A DNA stretch of 64,000 bases from assembly GCA_038247415.1 (NCBI GenBank), contig JBBRUX010000008.1, positions 30,602-94,601 on the forward strand, in the 5' to 3' direction. The first letter of the stretch is position 1, and each line of letters opens with the position of its first letter. Shown one piece after another: positions 36,313 through 43,762 of this stretch. The position numbers were made by a program, and so were the translations under genes. Below the pieces are notes generated by a model that did no database searches, had not been told where the DNA came from, and was given only the letters and a program-made list of their open reading frames with translations. The stretch comes from Chitinivibrionales bacterium. Its GTDB lineage: Bacteria > Fibrobacterota > Chitinivibrionia > Chitinivibrionales > WJKA01.

Positions 36313-37011
36313 TTAGAAACACTCTTTATAGCAGAAGGCTGGTTTTGTGGATGTATTGTCCCATATATGAATTGAGCTTCCCTTGCACGATTTCAGATCG
36401 GTGCAAGTTCCACATGAGGTCGTATCGATCCACGATCTATGTCGAAACTTTTTAAATTCGTGTTCCCAGAGGTAGGCAAGATTGTGGGTGGCGATGTTAC
36501 CTTCTGTAAAACAGTCGGCATTATTTGAGCACCCGGTAATTCTCCCATCTGCAAGAATGGATGTAATGTTGACACCTGCTCTGCAGAAAAAAGGTTGAGT
36601 GCGGATTTTTTTGTCGATATACAGAGGCAAATACCCCTCACAACTAAAGGATACATCAAGGCCCTTTTTACGAAGGGCTTTTTTGTGAGATGCAATCCAG
36701 TCAATCATGTGCCGTGTTTGGACCGGATCAAGAAGTAATTCGGAATTGTTTTTAGCTCGGCCTATGGGAAAAATGCGAAACAGTCTCCATGATGGAACTT
36801 TGTACTCAATAAGAATCTCTGATAGGGCGTCGAGTTCATTAAGATTTCGAGGGTTGACACAAGTTACTACATCACGGTGCGAAATAGGCAAGGCAGAAAG
36901 AATTGAGAGCGCAGTAAGAACCCGATCATATGACTTCTCGTTGCCACGCAGCCACGAGTGCGATTCTTTGAGTCCGTCAAGACTTACGGTACTGCTATAG
37001 CATGAGCCCAT
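36313..37011 (-). CDS. N-terminally truncated radical SAM/SPASM paralog (no Cx3Cx2C; functional status uncertain, possible pseudogene)
   Basis: From MGSCYSSTVSLDGLKESHSW onward it aligns with residues ~135-356 of the enzyme at 37627..38697. I estimate about 40 percent identity by eye. The SPASM cysteines are kept (CRAG, GC, CGTCTDLKSC). The whole track ORF (36313..37206) contains no CxxxCxxC motif. Its part upstream of 37011 overlaps ORF 37040..37327, whose frame carries the real homology. Confidence 0.55.
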   Translation of the reverse strand: MGSCYSSTVSLDGLKESHSWLRGNEKSYDRVLTALSILSALPISHRDVVTCVNPRNLNELDALSEILIEYKVPSWRLFRIFPIGRAKNNSELLLDPVQTRHMIDWIASHKKALRKKGLDVSFSCEGYLPLYIDKKIRTQPFFCRAGVNITSILADGRITGCSNNADCFTEGNIATHNLAYLWEHEFKKFRHRSWIDTTSCGTCTDLKSCKGSSIHIWDNTSTKPAFCYKECF

Positions 37012-37039
37012 TCCTGTATTCTGGAAAGGAGCATGGTTA

Positions 37040-37327
37040 CTACTTGGATCGCATGGTGACAATCGTGTCTTCGCCCGGGCGAGTGTAGGCGATGGTCGTA
37101 TCGAAAAATGCTCCACCATTTTCGGAACTATCCGTATCCTGAAGAATAGCCAGTACTCTATTTCCGGATCTGGCTGCCTGATTGACATCTGTATAGCCGT
37201 ATGCAAGGCCTTCCGGATTCGTGAATTCTGTTCCTAGGGTATCGGGAATGCTTTTCCCATTTTGTAGCGAGAGGAAGGTAATTTTTAAATAAAGAAGAAA
37301 ATTCCAGTATTTCGTGATCAAGTTCAT
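37040..37327 (-). CDS. Short paralog of the rSAM-associated secreted protein
   Basis: Its start context GGTATTTTATG is identical to that of 38702..39184. Shared blocks are AYG...SG..V and DTDSSENGGAFFDTTIAY vs DVDGASNGSFSPKDTIVS. It is 95 aa versus 160 aa for the other copy. Confidence 0.4.
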   Translation of the reverse strand: MNLITKYWNFLLYLKITFLSLQNGKSIPDTLGTEFTNPEGLAYGYTDVNQAARSGNRVLAILQDTDSSENGGAFFDTTIAYTRPGEDTIVTMRSK

Positions 37328-37487
37328 AAAATACCTTTATTAGTAGGGTAAATATAATTCCGGTTAATGGTGGTTGGGGAAAAAAAATAAGATTCTTTGA
37401 AAGATAAGAATGTCTGGACCACAAATTTACATAATAAATATAATAAAAATAATTTTAAAAACACCTTCATATATTAAATATTTTCAC

Positions 37488-37522
37488 GATAATCAATGCA
37501 ATCAAATTAATCACAAGAATCA
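37488..37522 (-). promoter_or_regulatory. Conserved upstream element, copy B: TGATT x4 at 9-nt phasing
   Basis: The minus strand reads TGATTCTTG TGATTAATT TGATTGCAT TGATTATC. It matches 39365..39399 at 34 of 35 positions. It lies about 160-195 nt upstream of the ATG at 37327. Confidence 0.6.
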
Positions 37523-37626
37523 GTGGTGCTGACAAGGGTTTGTGTCGCTCGTAGTGTGCAAGGTGTAGTGTCAAGTATCGTGCAATGAAGATTTGGTATG
37601 CCACCTCTCGTGAGCTTCAACGCAAC

Positions 37627-38697
37627 CTATTTAATCTTCTCATAATGACAAACCAGCAGCTCATGCCCCGGGCCTTCTCGCAGATGAAGCCCATTGCCTT
37701 CGCAGTATTTGAACTGTTTGCAGGTTGCGCAGTCTCCGGTTTTTGCCCACGATCGGTTACGCATCGACTCGTAGCGGTTGTTCCAGCAGTCTAAAAAGTT
37801 GTCTTTGTAAATATTCCCCTGAATAAAATCTCCTCTTAGGCTTGGGCATGCAGAAATGCTGCCGTCGGCGAGAACTGATCCGACCGTAATGCCGGCTCTA
37901 CAGAAGAAAAAGCCGTCGCGAGCTTTGCCCTCAAATTTGCCAAGAAATCCTTCGCATCCGTAGGTGGCATCTATTTCTTGCTTGTCGCGGGTAGCGGTAA
38001 TAAAGTGCATGAGCGTAGTAAATTCCGAATCTGCAAGCAGGAGATCTTCGGTTTCTTTGGCGCGGCCTTTGGGGAAAATGGTAAATAAGCGCCATTTTTT
38101 GACATTATTATCGGTAAGAAGCTTGCGGATTTCGTCGAGCTCACCCAGGTTGCGTTTGTTAACACAGGTTACAACATCAAAAATAAGGTCTTTTTGTTGG
38201 GAACAGAATTTGATTGCATTAAGGGCTTTTTTGAAAGAATCGGATTTCCCGCGCATCCAATTATGAGAATCTTGTAAACCATCTAAGCTAATGGTAATGG
38301 ATCGCAAACCAGAATCGCACAGTGATTGAAGTCTTTTTTCGGTAAGTAAATAGCCATTAGTAACCATTCCCCAGGGGTACCCTTTGGCAAAGATTTGCTT
38401 TCCACAAGCATCCAGATCTTGTCTAACCAGAGGCTCCCCGCCTGTTATTGCAACTATTGTTTTATGCGGATCATACTGGGTTGCTACCTGATCGAGAACA
38501 TTGGCAAAATCGGCAAAAGGCATATCGGGTGTGGTTGTATCTTTGGTGCAATCGGATCCACAGTGAATGCAATTGAGGTTGCACCGAAGAGTGCACTCCC
38601 AAAAGAGATAATTGAGCTCGTGAAGTTGCTTTTGAACCGAGCGATAGGCGCGATGAATTTCGAGGCTAATGGTGGTTTTTAATGACACATCACGCAT
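37627..38697 (-). CDS. Radical SAM enzyme with C-terminal SPASM domain
   Basis: Has the CxxxCxxC motif (CNLNCIHC), the GGEP motif (ITGGEPLV) and TNG. C-terminal auxiliary-cluster cysteines are present (CRAG...AC...CATCKQFKYCEG...C). It starts 4 nt after the stop of the upstream small gene. Confidence 0.9.
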   Translation of the reverse strand: MRDVSLKTTISLEIHRAYRSVQKQLHELNYLFWECTLRCNLNCIHCGSDCTKDTTTPDMPFADFANVLDQVATQYDPHKTIVAITGGEPLVRQDLDACGKQIFAKGYPWGMVTNGYLLTEKRLQSLCDSGLRSITISLDGLQDSHNWMRGKSDSFKKALNAIKFCSQQKDLIFDVVTCVNKRNLGELDEIRKLLTDNNVKKWRLFTIFPKGRAKETEDLLLADSEFTTLMHFITATRDKQEIDATYGCEGFLGKFEGKARDGFFFCRAGITVGSVLADGSISACPSLRGDFIQGNIYKDNFLDCWNNRYESMRNRSWAKTGDCATCKQFKYCEGNGLHLREGPGHELLVCHYEKIK

Positions 38698-38701
38698 TGT
38701 G

Positions 38702-39184
38702 TTAATTTGTAGGATCTACTTTAATGTCAACGGTCTTTTCTGCATGGCCCTTGTCCCAGGTTCCATTTGGATCTTTTAGATCGGTGCTGGGAATAGAAAC
38801 AATAGTATCTTTAGGGCTAAATGATCCATTTGAAGCACCATCAACATCCGTTATGGTAACTTTTATTGGATTATTCTCATCGGGATAAGATGAAAATTCC
38901 AGCGAATAGGCACCATTTGAATCTGTGATGGACGTATCCCGCGTATATGAAGAGGGGAGTGTATCGGCTGCAAAGACATTTAGTCCTTTAACAGGCAATT
39001 GTGTTGCAGAGCTTTTCACGGTTCCGCTTATTTTGTAGTCTGCCATAGGCATTCCGTATGCAGGAGCTGGGCCATACATGACTCCGTCACAATTGCAGAA
39101 AATTCCCAAGACTCCTGTTATTGCCAAGCTTGCTAGCTTGAGGATACGAAACATTGCTTTTTTGTAGCCGTTAGAGAGTGCCAT
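38702..39184 (-). CDS. Secreted (possibly lipo-)protein associated with the radical SAM/SPASM enzyme
   Basis: A signal-like N-terminus (KKAMFRILKLASLAITGVLGIF) is followed by CNCDG. Then come MYGPAPAYGMP and a CarboxypepD_reg-like beta-sandwich pattern (YKISGTVKS...VKGLNV...TDSNGAYSLEF). Confidence 0.7.
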   Translation of the reverse strand: MALSNGYKKAMFRILKLASLAITGVLGIFCNCDGVMYGPAPAYGMPMADYKISGTVKSSATQLPVKGLNVFAADTLPSSYTRDTSITDSNGAYSLEFSSYPDENNPIKVTITDVDGASNGSFSPKDTIVSIPSTDLKDPNGTWDKGHAEKTVDIKVDPTN

Positions 39185-39229
39185 AAAATACCCTGTATGT
39201 TAATGGGTGTAGATATACATTTATTAACT

Positions 39230-39257
39230 AATATACAATGAGATATTGCAAAGTCAA
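39230..39257 (-). promoter_or_regulatory. Candidate sigma70-type promoter for cassette A
   Basis: The minus strand reads TTGACT-N16-TATATT about 45 nt upstream of the ATG at 39184. This is pattern match only, and the -35 is not conserved in cassette B. Confidence 0.3.
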
Positions 39258-39364
39258 TACGAGGGTAGTGGGGGAGCGTGCAAAAAAAATGTCTGGACCG
39301 CTGATTTATATGATTAGTATGATGGAGATGATTTTCAAACAGCATACACTCTGCAAGGTTTCAA

Positions 39365-39399
39365 GATAATCAAAGCAATCAAATTAATCACAAGAATCA
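39365..39399 (-). promoter_or_regulatory. Conserved upstream element, copy A: TGATT x4 at 9-nt phasing
   Basis: The minus strand reads TGATTCTTG TGATTAATT TGATTGCTT TGATTATC. On the + strand, AATC falls at 39368, 39377, 39386 and 39395. It matches 37488..37522 at 34 of 35 positions. Confidence 0.6.
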
Positions 39400-39443
39400 A
39401 GGGCATTACACGAACTTTTTTGCCTTAAAAAACCACCCGTGCC

Positions 39444-41216
39444 TTACAGAACTTCCATTTCAAGCCTTTTCATAATATCAAGTGCCTCAGCATTATCCGG
39501 ATGCATTGTCACAATTTTCTTTACATACCGCTTGGCTTTTTTGACATCACTTGCATCCAGTGCTGCTGATGCTGCTTTCCAGAATACCGATTCTGATGCT
39601 CTAAGCTTTTTTTCACAGAGTGCTCGTTCGTAAGCTTGCAATGCAGACCGGGGGTCTTCTACCGCACGGTGAATGTCGCCAATAAGGACATATGTTTCAG
39701 CGGTAGCTGAATCGGTTGCTATTGCATCGTGCAAAAGCTCCACTGCCTTTATTGGGTCTCCTTGTATTAAAAATATCTTGGCAAGAGAGAGATATCCAAC
39801 AGGATTCTGACGCGGTGCCATAAGAATAGATTTAATAAAATACGGAGCTGATTCTATATACTGACCCTCTTGGAGCATTGCAGTTCCCATGTGGGAATAA
39901 TACTCTACAACAGAAGGGTAATGGCAAATTGCTTGCTGCGATAGATCGATGGCTTCTTTATATTTTTTCGTTTCGAGTAGAATTTCGGTAGCATAGTAGT
40001 ATGCATTCATTCTAACTGCATGGGGATCGAGAGCTGTCGATCGCACCGGCGGAAATTCTGAGATCGCGGCTACAAAGAAGTATAATGCCTTTTTGAGGTT
40101 TTGGGTATGATGAAAAATAAGCCCTAAAAGGTGGGCCGCTTCTATGCGCGTTTTGTCGATGTAAAGACAACGAAATAATAGCCGCTTTGCTTTTGCATAT
40201 TCACCAAGGCCATAAAAGAGCCACCCGCTCGTGTACAGTGCTTGTGTGTAAAGGTCCGGGCGTTGGTCATAGGTTTCTTGGGTTATAAGAGACGCATACG
40301 TTTCGATAGCAAGAAGCGAATCTCCTTTTATCGCGTGCGCATCGCCAAGGCTATACAGCAGTGCAGGATCGTTTGGGCGTTCTTGCAATTCGAGCGCTAA
40401 AAGTTTTATATTGCGATCTGCTTTGACCATTTGTAGAGCATGATCCTGATATCCCGTATGATATATCGTAATATCTGGCATTGATACTACGGGCCATTGC
40501 TGTGCAGTTTCCTGGGTAAGGATCTGTTCGTGAATTCTTCCGGTAAACCGAAGCGAAGCTGAATTTGGGAAAAGTCGAGCTTGCATAAACCCGGGGCCAT
40601 GTCCATGATACTGAGAATTGACAACGCGAAATAGATGGATAGAATCGACAGGGTTTTCTAGGCAGGCGCGAATGGATGCGCATGAATTTTCGCACACACG
40701 ATCGTCGGCATCTATCCATAAAATGTATCGTCCATGAGCCTGTTCCAATGCGCTGTTTCTAGCATCGGAAAAATTATCGTTCCAGGGCCGGCTCAGGATG
40801 GTTGCACCAAATTCAGCTGCAATATCCTTTGTCGCATCGGTGGAACCGGTGTCAATAACAATAATTTCATCTGCTATGGTATCAATTGAATTGAGGGCAT
40901 CCCGCACAATTTTTGCTTCGTTGCGAACAATGAGCGTCACTGTCAAAGTGCAGGCACGCGCAGTAATTTCGTTTTCGTAACGGGTAAGCAATTCTTGGGT
41001 TTGAGGCTCTTTTTGATTTTGGGAAGCGTGGGATTTGGTAAGCAGTGCCTGTGCGCGCAACGGCATCTTTTGTACACTATACCATTTGGATGCTTCGGTA
41101 TAATACTGCTGTAGTGTAATTTCACGTGTGTAAACACGATTGCGGAGCGCAGTTGCCGATTGTTGGGGCTGCACACCTGTTTTTTGAGTTTGACTATCCA
41201 TGACAAAAACTCCCAT
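39444..41216 (-). CDS. GT2 glycosyltransferase fused to C-terminal TPR repeats (GmaR-like architecture)
   Basis: The N-terminal GT-A domain has LTVTLIVRNEAKIV, IVIDTGSTDAT and WIDADD (DxD). The C-terminal ~300 aa are TPR-like repeats (repeated A..Y...G/A...A pattern). An alternative start lies at the ATG at 41201. Confidence 0.85.
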   Translation of the reverse strand: MGVFVMDSQTQKTGVQPQQSATALRNRVYTREITLQQYYTEASKWYSVQKMPLRAQALLTKSHASQNQKEPQTQELLTRYENEITARACTLTVTLIVRNEAKIVRDALNSIDTIADEIIVIDTGSTDATKDIAAEFGATILSRPWNDNFSDARNSALEQAHGRYILWIDADDRVCENSCASIRACLENPVDSIHLFRVVNSQYHGHGPGFMQARLFPNSASLRFTGRIHEQILTQETAQQWPVVSMPDITIYHTGYQDHALQMVKADRNIKLLALELQERPNDPALLYSLGDAHAIKGDSLLAIETYASLITQETYDQRPDLYTQALYTSGWLFYGLGEYAKAKRLLFRCLYIDKTRIEAAHLLGLIFHHTQNLKKALYFFVAAISEFPPVRSTALDPHAVRMNAYYYATEILLETKKYKEAIDLSQQAICHYPSVVEYYSHMGTAMLQEGQYIESAPYFIKSILMAPRQNPVGYLSLAKIFLIQGDPIKAVELLHDAIATDSATAETYVLIGDIHRAVEDPRSALQAYERALCEKKLRASESVFWKAASAALDASDVKKAKRYVKKIVTMHPDNAEALDIMKRLEMEVL

Positions 41217-41242
41217 CCATTGGAATTGAGTTTACATACAAC

Positions 41243-41554
41243 TTATGCAACATAATGTGCGCTGGTTGTATCATTGTTTACATTTTCAAAAAGTGGCTTG
41301 TATACCGCATTGCTCATGAGTCTTCGGGCTCCAGCAATGGTAAATCGCTCGGTATATAATAGTTTTTTAATTTCTAGCAGAATGCTGATATCTCTCTCGA
41401 TAAAGCGTCGTTGTTTTCCTTCGGTACGATGCGGTGACAAAAAACCGTCAAATTCACGTTCCCAAAAACGAATTGTGTGTCGCGGCACATCGCACAGTTT
41501 AGATGTATCTCCTATTGTAAATCCTTCGACGCCCTGCTTACTCGTGTTTGTCAT
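41243..41554 (-). CDS. MerR-family HTH transcriptional regulator (short)
   Basis: FTIGDTSKLCDVPRHTIRFWEREFDGFLSPHRTEGKQRRF matches the MerR N-terminal winged HTH, and a short coiled helix follows. Length is 103 aa. Confidence 0.8.
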   Translation of the reverse strand: MTNTSKQGVEGFTIGDTSKLCDVPRHTIRFWEREFDGFLSPHRTEGKQRRFIERDISILLEIKKLLYTERFTIAGARRLMSNAVYKPLFENVNNDTTSAHYVA

Positions 41555-41914
41555 ACAATGCTCCTGGTGTACCTAGTGTACTAGCGTGATGCGTGTGTAG
41601 TTGTTATTAAAAGGTATCGTCAAACATTGCGTAAAAGATTAACGATTGCTTTAATTACTAATGTATAATAAGCAAGGGGTATGCCAAAGAACGTCTTTGG
41701 TGCAATGTTAAAGCATTGGTTGCGTGCCTCTTTATAATATCGTTATTATAAATGAGTTACAATAAAAAAATGATAGAGGGTCGGGCGCTTGGAAATCTGG
41801 GAATAAGGAGAGAGCTACACTACAGTAGGTTTTAGTGGGCAAAAGACGACGCTATGAGGAGTTTTATGCCGCGTTGCGCGAAACCGTATGAGCTACGGCT
41901 TCACTACGAGGGCA

Positions 41915-42154
41915 TCAAGGTTTTTTAGGTGTTCGGAATGCTTGAGCAAAATCGGAGAGGTTGATAGAAGGAGATTGGGCCGCAGCTTTGTTCTCATTCT
42001 GGATACGTTCGTAGATTTCTTCGCGGTTGACAGCGATATTTTTTGGGGCTTCTATGCCAATTTTAACATGGCGTCCATCGAGATCAACAACTTTGATAAC
42101 AATGTTGTCGCCGATGCGGATAGATTCTCCGAGTTTTCGAGTGAGGACCAGCAT
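41915..42154 (-). CDS. csrA: Carbon storage regulator CsrA (FliW-partnered type with C-terminal extension)
   Basis: The start is set at [51 protein letters not shown]. The track ORF start at 42286 overlaps fliW. The gene begins 4 nt after the fliW stop. Confidence 0.95.
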   Translation of the reverse strand: MLVLTRKLGESIRIGDNIVIKVVDLDGRHVKIGIEAPKNIAVNREEIYERIQNENKAAAQSPSINLSDFAQAFRTPKKP

Positions 42155-42158
42155 TGTA

Positions 42159-42578
42159 TTACTTCCTTCCCAGAATTGGTTCCTGGGTTGTATACCGGTC
42201 ATCATCAACGATAATCTGTTTGCCAAGACGAGCAGATTTATTGATAAGGATCGGGCCTGCCAGATTTGCGGTAGAATCGGCTGCATTCACGCGAATGGTA
42301 ATGATCGCGTAGAGAAGAATATCTTCGGGCTTGCCTATTTTGAGGTCATCGAGCTGCTCTTTTGTCATTTTTGGCGAATAGTCGGGCAAAAAGAGCAACG
42401 GATTGACAATCGCAAATCTCAAACGAGCCCCATCGATACACACGAGCCATTCAAAGGGAGCATATTCGGCAAGATTCACTAAAACAAAATCTTTGTTTTC
42501 TTCAAAGCCGGGAATTCCGTTAGGAAAATGAAGCACATCTTCCGAAGCGTATACAAGGTCGTTAAAGAAGTCGGACAT
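42159..42578 (-). CDS. fliW: Flagellar assembly factor FliW
   Basis: The ATG at 42578 gives [26 protein letters not shown], matching the FliW N-terminal F.xGxPGFE signature. The gene sits between the flagellin gene and csrA. Confidence 0.9.
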   Translation of the reverse strand: MSDFFNDLVYASEDVLHFPNGIPGFEENKDFVLVNLAEYAPFEWLVCIDGARLRFAIVNPLLFLPDYSPKMTKEQLDDLKIGKPEDILLYAIITIRVNAADSTANLAGPILINKSARLGKQIIVDDDRYTTQEPILGRK

Positions 42579-42711
42579 GGTTTTGCCTGGGGGATCAGGT
42601 GAAGAGCAATCATCAAAACTTAAGAAAAAATGCTTTCTTGTAGAATACAAGTCAAGCAAGATCGCCACTAATATGTGCGAGGCGCCCTGCTCGACTTATT
42701 CTATAAATCTA

Positions 42712-43560
42712 TTAACCCTTAAGAAGCGATAGAACACTCTGAGGTGCTTGGTTCGCTTGTGAGAGCATCGCCGTTGACGACTGCTGAAGAATTTGGTTAC
42801 GCGTGAACTGTGTTGTTTCATACGCAAAATCGGCATCACGGATAACTGATTCGGCTGCTGCCATATTAGTTTCCTGATTTTCTTGATTGGCAAGTGCATG
42901 TTCTAATCTATTGGTCTTGGCTCCAAGATCTGCGCGAAGAGTATTCACCATATTAAGCGCCGAATCGAGACTTGAAATTGCAGAAGTTGCCATGGCCTGA
43001 GTGGTTACCCAAACGTTCTGCGTGACGCTGATACCCATTGCTGTGCAGTCGACACCCGAAATAGTGATAAGAACAATGTCGGAGCCTGTCGTGTTATCGT
43101 TAGGGCCTACATGAATTACACCACCGGTTCCCCACGGTGCTGTACCATTAAGAAGTTTTTGACTATTATATTGTGTTCCGTTTACAATACGGTCGACTTC
43201 GGTTCGAAGCTGGTCAAATTCCACCTGAATAAAACCGCGTTCTTTAGATGTCAAGGTGTCATTGGCTGCCTGGATGCATAGTTCGCGCATACGTTGAAGC
43301 ATTGATTCAGTTTCAACTAAGGCGCCTTCTGCTATATTAAGGAGGGACATTCCATCCTGCGCATTGCGCGTGCCCATGGCAAGTCCGCGTACTTGGGTAC
43401 GAAGCTGTTCGGATACGCTTAAGCCGGCAGCATCATCGGCCGCGCGGTTGATGCGAAGACCCGTTGACAATTTCTCTAACGATTTACTGATATCCCGCTC
43501 TACACTGCGAATCGAATTGCCGGTGATCATCGCCGGCACATTGTGATTGATACGTGGCAT
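42712..43560 (-). CDS. fliC: Flagellin
   Basis: Has the N-terminal D0/D1 region MPRINHNVPAMITGNSIRSVERDISKSLEKLSTGLRINRAADDAAGLSVSE and the C-terminal ...TTQFTRNQILQQSSTAMLSQANQAPQSVLSLLKG. SD AAGGAGG lies upstream. Confidence 0.95.
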   Translation of the reverse strand: MPRINHNVPAMITGNSIRSVERDISKSLEKLSTGLRINRAADDAAGLSVSEQLRTQVRGLAMGTRNAQDGMSLLNIAEGALVETESMLQRMRELCIQAANDTLTSKERGFIQVEFDQLRTEVDRIVNGTQYNSQKLLNGTAPWGTGGVIHVGPNDNTTGSDIVLITISGVDCTAMGISVTQNVWVTTQAMATSAISSLDSALNMVNTLRADLGAKTNRLEHALANQENQETNMAAAESVIRDADFAYETTQFTRNQILQQSSTAMLSQANQAPQSVLSLLKG

Positions 43561-43563
43561 AGT

Positions 43564-43655
43564 CCCCTCCTTACACTAAGTGTGCGTCCCTGCAGTCGGC
43601 ATTATTACCTGACTGCCATCGTAGTCGTCCTGACTATACCTGCTTCCATGCAATC
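43564..43655 (-). promoter_or_regulatory. Flagellin 5' leader with four GGA motifs (candidate CsrA binding sites)
   Basis: The minus strand carries CATGGAAGC and the hairpin TAGTC-AGGAC-GACTA (43622..43636) with GGA in its loop. It also carries the hairpin GCAGTC...GACTGC (43592..43616), followed by GCAGGGACG. The SD TAAGGAGGGG lies at 43564..43573. Confidence 0.45.
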
Positions 43656-43664
43656 AACTTAATT

Positions 43665-43680
43665 AGCAAAGGCTGTGCCA
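43665..43680 (-). promoter_or_regulatory. Sigma54 (-24/-12) promoter upstream of the flagellin gene
   Basis: The minus strand reads TGGCAC-AGCCT-TTGCT, an exact fit to TGGCAC-N5-TTGCW. It lies about 105 nt upstream of the flagellin ATG. Confidence 0.6.
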
Positions 43681-43762
43681 TAACGTAAGGTGTTGAATTT
43701 ATTAGAGTTAATTTTCGGCACTGCGTAATGAGCTGCTATACATAGGAAAAAAATGTCACCTA

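Noticed and set aside
37012-37206. Upstream extension of the truncated radical SAM/SPASM ORF (track start TTG at 37206, ATG at 37188).
   Set aside because: It overlaps ORF 37040..37327 in another frame. The similarity to the cassette-A small protein (DxDxxxNGxF..DT.I) lies in that other frame. A tentative match of the extension to the Cx3Cx2C region of enzyme A was only 3/21 identities with all Cys absent.
41684-41700. A perfect 7-bp inverted repeat, CCAAAGA-acg-TCTTTGG, upstream of the MerR-like gene. I considered it as a MerR operator.
   Set aside because: It is not embedded between recognisable -35 and -10 hexamers with the 19-20 bp spacing typical of MerR-type promoters. A short palindrome like this can occur by chance.
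41779-41870. A cluster of GGA/AGGA motifs on the + strand in the 360-bp spacer next to csrA (TTGGAAA, TGGGAAT, AAGGAGA, GAGGAGT). An extended -10-like TGTATAAT lies at 41662..41669. I considered this as a CsrA-sponging small RNA.
   Set aside because: There is no convincing terminator and the motifs are not placed in hairpin loops. The -35 spacing is poor, and FliW-type CsrA systems are not known to use sRNA sponges. The support is insufficient.
43712-43719. A sigma28-like -10 box, GCCGAAAA (minus strand), upstream of the flagellin gene.
   Set aside because: The best -35 partner is TATA rather than TAAA, and it sits at a 17-nt spacing where about 15 is expected. The sigma54 match 35 nt downstream is exact. 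I keep this only as an alternative to test by TSS mapping.
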